The notes under the pieces are model-generated. The model saw only the letters and a list, made by a program, of their open reading frames with translations. It was not told the DNA's origin and ran no database searches. From the NCBI GenBank assembly GCA_963821525.1, contig CAWGED010000019.1, positions 256,001-320,000 of the forward strand: DNA of 64,000 bases, given 5' to 3'. Of this stretch, positions 63,001 through 64,000 are shown piece after piece. This DNA is from an uncultured Gemmatimonadales bacterium. Lineage in GTDB: Bacteria > Gemmatimonadota > Gemmatimonadetes > Gemmatimonadales > GWC2-71-9. The stretch's first letter is position 1. The number at the start of each line of letters is the position of its first letter. The translations under genes and the position numbers were made by a program.

Positions 63001-64000
63001 CTACTGGCTGAGCCGGCCGGTCCCGGTACGGAGGCGTATTCCTTTGAGCGCCGAGGACCGGCTCCTTCTTCGGAACATCGCCCGAAAGACCTGGCGCTAC
63101 TTCGAGACCTTCATGGGTCCGGAGGACAACGGCCTCCCGCCGGACAACTTTCAGGAAGTCCCCGAGCCGGTCGTGGCGCACCGGACCTCGCCCACCAACA
63201 TCGCGATGGGCCTGCTCTCCACCCTCGCCGCGCACGACCTGGGCTACATCCGTACTCGCGAGCTGGTGGGGAAGCTCGAGGCGCTGCTCGATACCACCGA
63301 GGGCCTGGAGCGGCACGAGGGCCACCTGCTCAACTGGTATGACACTCGCACGCTGGCTCCCCTGCTACCGCGATACGTGTCCACCGTGGACAGCGGCAAT
63401 CTTGCCGGAGCTCTGCTTGCCCTCGCGGAAGGCCTGAGGCAGCTCGCAACCACACCTCAATCGGACGATCAGATCTGCCACGGACTGGGCGACACGGCGC
63501 GCCTTGCCTCACAGTCGGTTTCCCGTCTGAGTGAGGCACCGCAGCACCCCAACGAACCGGTATCGGCGCTGGGAACGGTCCTGGCCGCAATCGGGCGCGA
63601 GTTGGATGGAGGTGAAACGGCCGCAGCGTGCCTGAATGCCGCCGCGAAACTGGCGCCGGAGCTGAGCGGAGCGCTCGAACGGCTGAGTGCGAACCAATCG
63701 GCAACGCCGGACCTGAGCGAAGCGCTCTGGTGGTCACGGTCCGTGGAGAGCGCGCTGAAGGGATCAGCCATCAACGAGGATGGCCTGGCGAGCAAGCTTG
63801 AGGACCTGTCTGATCGCGCCCTGGCAATGGTCGAGAGCATGAACTTCGCGTTTCTCTACGACCGCCAGCGCCAGATCTTTTCGATCGGGTACCGTCTGCC
63901 CGACGCCGAGGGGCCCGGCCGGCTCGACACCTCCTACTACGATCTGCTGGCGTCCGAGGCGCGGCTCGCGAGTTTCGTCGCCATCGCCAAGGGCGATGTT
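60047..64000 (+). CDS. cgs: Cyclic beta-1,2-glucan synthase (Cgs/NdvB), 5' portion; runs off window
   Basis: Manual translation: PLRAELLSIERLEE, AEWLLDNFHL, GELWAWP, GWERKRGKLEEFN, ITLDSDT, LLSHDLFEG, RQHRWARGDWQ, LPPDNFQE, RTSPTNI, YDLLASEARL. Confidence 0.9.
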   Translation, partial: MPEARLSPHRRFKNRRHSRVEKPLRAELLSIERLEERARALAGSFTLARQTQIGDRRFFRRLDDNARVLRQTYKILAEAVHREEFVAPAAEWLLDNFHLVEAEIRGVRHDLPREYYRELPKLAPRDMTGMARIYAMALELISHTDGRLDRVQLVRFMTAYQSVAPLTIGELWAWPSMLKLALLENLRRLADETLQSREARLLAERHLASLDGRSRQRGQPSLPDVLGSAYVVHLLQRMREYGAGASRLQAAVTERLANEGTTAEEVIRTEHQNQASAQVSVANAITSLRLCSTLDWSQYFETVSLVEQVLQRDPSGVYGRMDFLSRDRYRQAVEELAEPSGEAQLRVALRSVESARAAAAASSAEHRSAHVGWHLIGRGRPDFETDVAYHPKFTARARRFVFAHGTAVYLGAIGLWTLGLVAGAAAYVRGSGGTLAGALWTAALLLLPASELAIAAVQRLAAHLVPPRRLPRLDFLNGIPQEARTMVVIPTLLTSPDGVAQLLEHLEVVALGNSDPFIHFALLTDFADAPEKEMPGDAELLEAARAGIAAMNRRLGDGRGDLFHLFHRVRQWNPGEGAWIGWERKRGKLEEFNHLLRGAGDTSFMVHEGDASVLPNVRYCITLDSDTLLPRNGARKLIGIIAHPLNRPHFDPRLRRVTEGYGILQPRVSVTQASAAGSLFARVYAGHTGVDPYTTAVSDTYQDLFNEGIYTGKGLYDVDAFMAALDGRVPENALLSHDLFEGLHARPALVTDVEVVDDYPASVLAFARRQHRWARGDWQILFWLFPVVPTRKGLERNTLPTISRWKILDNLRRTLVAPATVAALVCGWLILPGHPLAWTIGIVATLAFPLYPLLLHLLAGPGPQEPNRVFFRILIEDLKTGAAQVLLQLTFLAYNAYQMVHAIALTLVRLIVTQRRLLEWETAASTAKRAAGISGQSGTRFFFGQMVASPVIAVVILLLVGGARPSAVPAAAPILILWAAAPAVAYWLSRPVPVRRRIPLSAEDRLLLRNIARKTWRYFETFMGPEDNGLPPDNFQEVPEPVVAHRTSPTNIAMGLLSTLAAHDLGYIRTRELVGKLEALLDTTEGLERHEGHLLNWYDTRTLAPLLPRYVSTVDSGNLAGALLALAEGLRQLATTPQSDDQICHGLGDTARLASQSVSRLSEAPQHPNEPVSALGTVLAAIGRELDGGETAAACLNAAAKLAPELSGALERLSANQSATPDLSEALWWSRSVESALKGSAINEDGLASKLEDLSDRALAMVESMNFAFLYDRQRQIFSIGYRLPDAEGPGRLDTSYYDLLASEARLASFVAIAKGDV

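Noticed and set aside
59921..63325. Long minus-strand ORFs (728 aa, 238 aa) and similar antisense ORFs elsewhere
   Set aside because: Antisense shadows of high-GC genes; the real gene is plus-strand cgs, missing from the track because it runs off the window
1..64000. tRNA, rRNA, integrase or transposase genes
   Set aside because: None recognised by eye; a tRNA or covariance-model scan was not possible

Overview
GC-rich bacterial chromosomal segment; gene content and style suggest Gemmatimonadota (inference, not a database result). It carries split pntA, the TIGR03545/03546 pair, thrABC, ettA, a glycogen locus built on GH57 enzymes and interrupted by a five-gene amidoligase/gamma-glutamyl hydrolase operon, aguB/aguA, type III glutamine synthetase, rpsU, a cold-shock gene, a diguanylate cyclase, a copper operon (cupredoxin-copA-csoR), a glycosyltransferase operon, an NAD-linked formate dehydrogenase cluster and the 5' part of a cyclic beta-1,2-glucan synthase. 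Many conserved genes are broken by small indels, most likely long-read errors. Two genes have in-frame UGA at a catalytic Cys position followed by a SECIS-like hairpin (an exported peroxiredoxin-like protein and the FDH catalytic subunit). The most striking unexplained signal is a set of site-specific 7- and 8-nt tandem arrays, mostly in inverted pairs. Two pairs bracket ~540-bp cassettes each encoding a four-helix-bundle (IVS/Avd-like) protein, and a third brackets a decayed Ig/beta-propeller gene.
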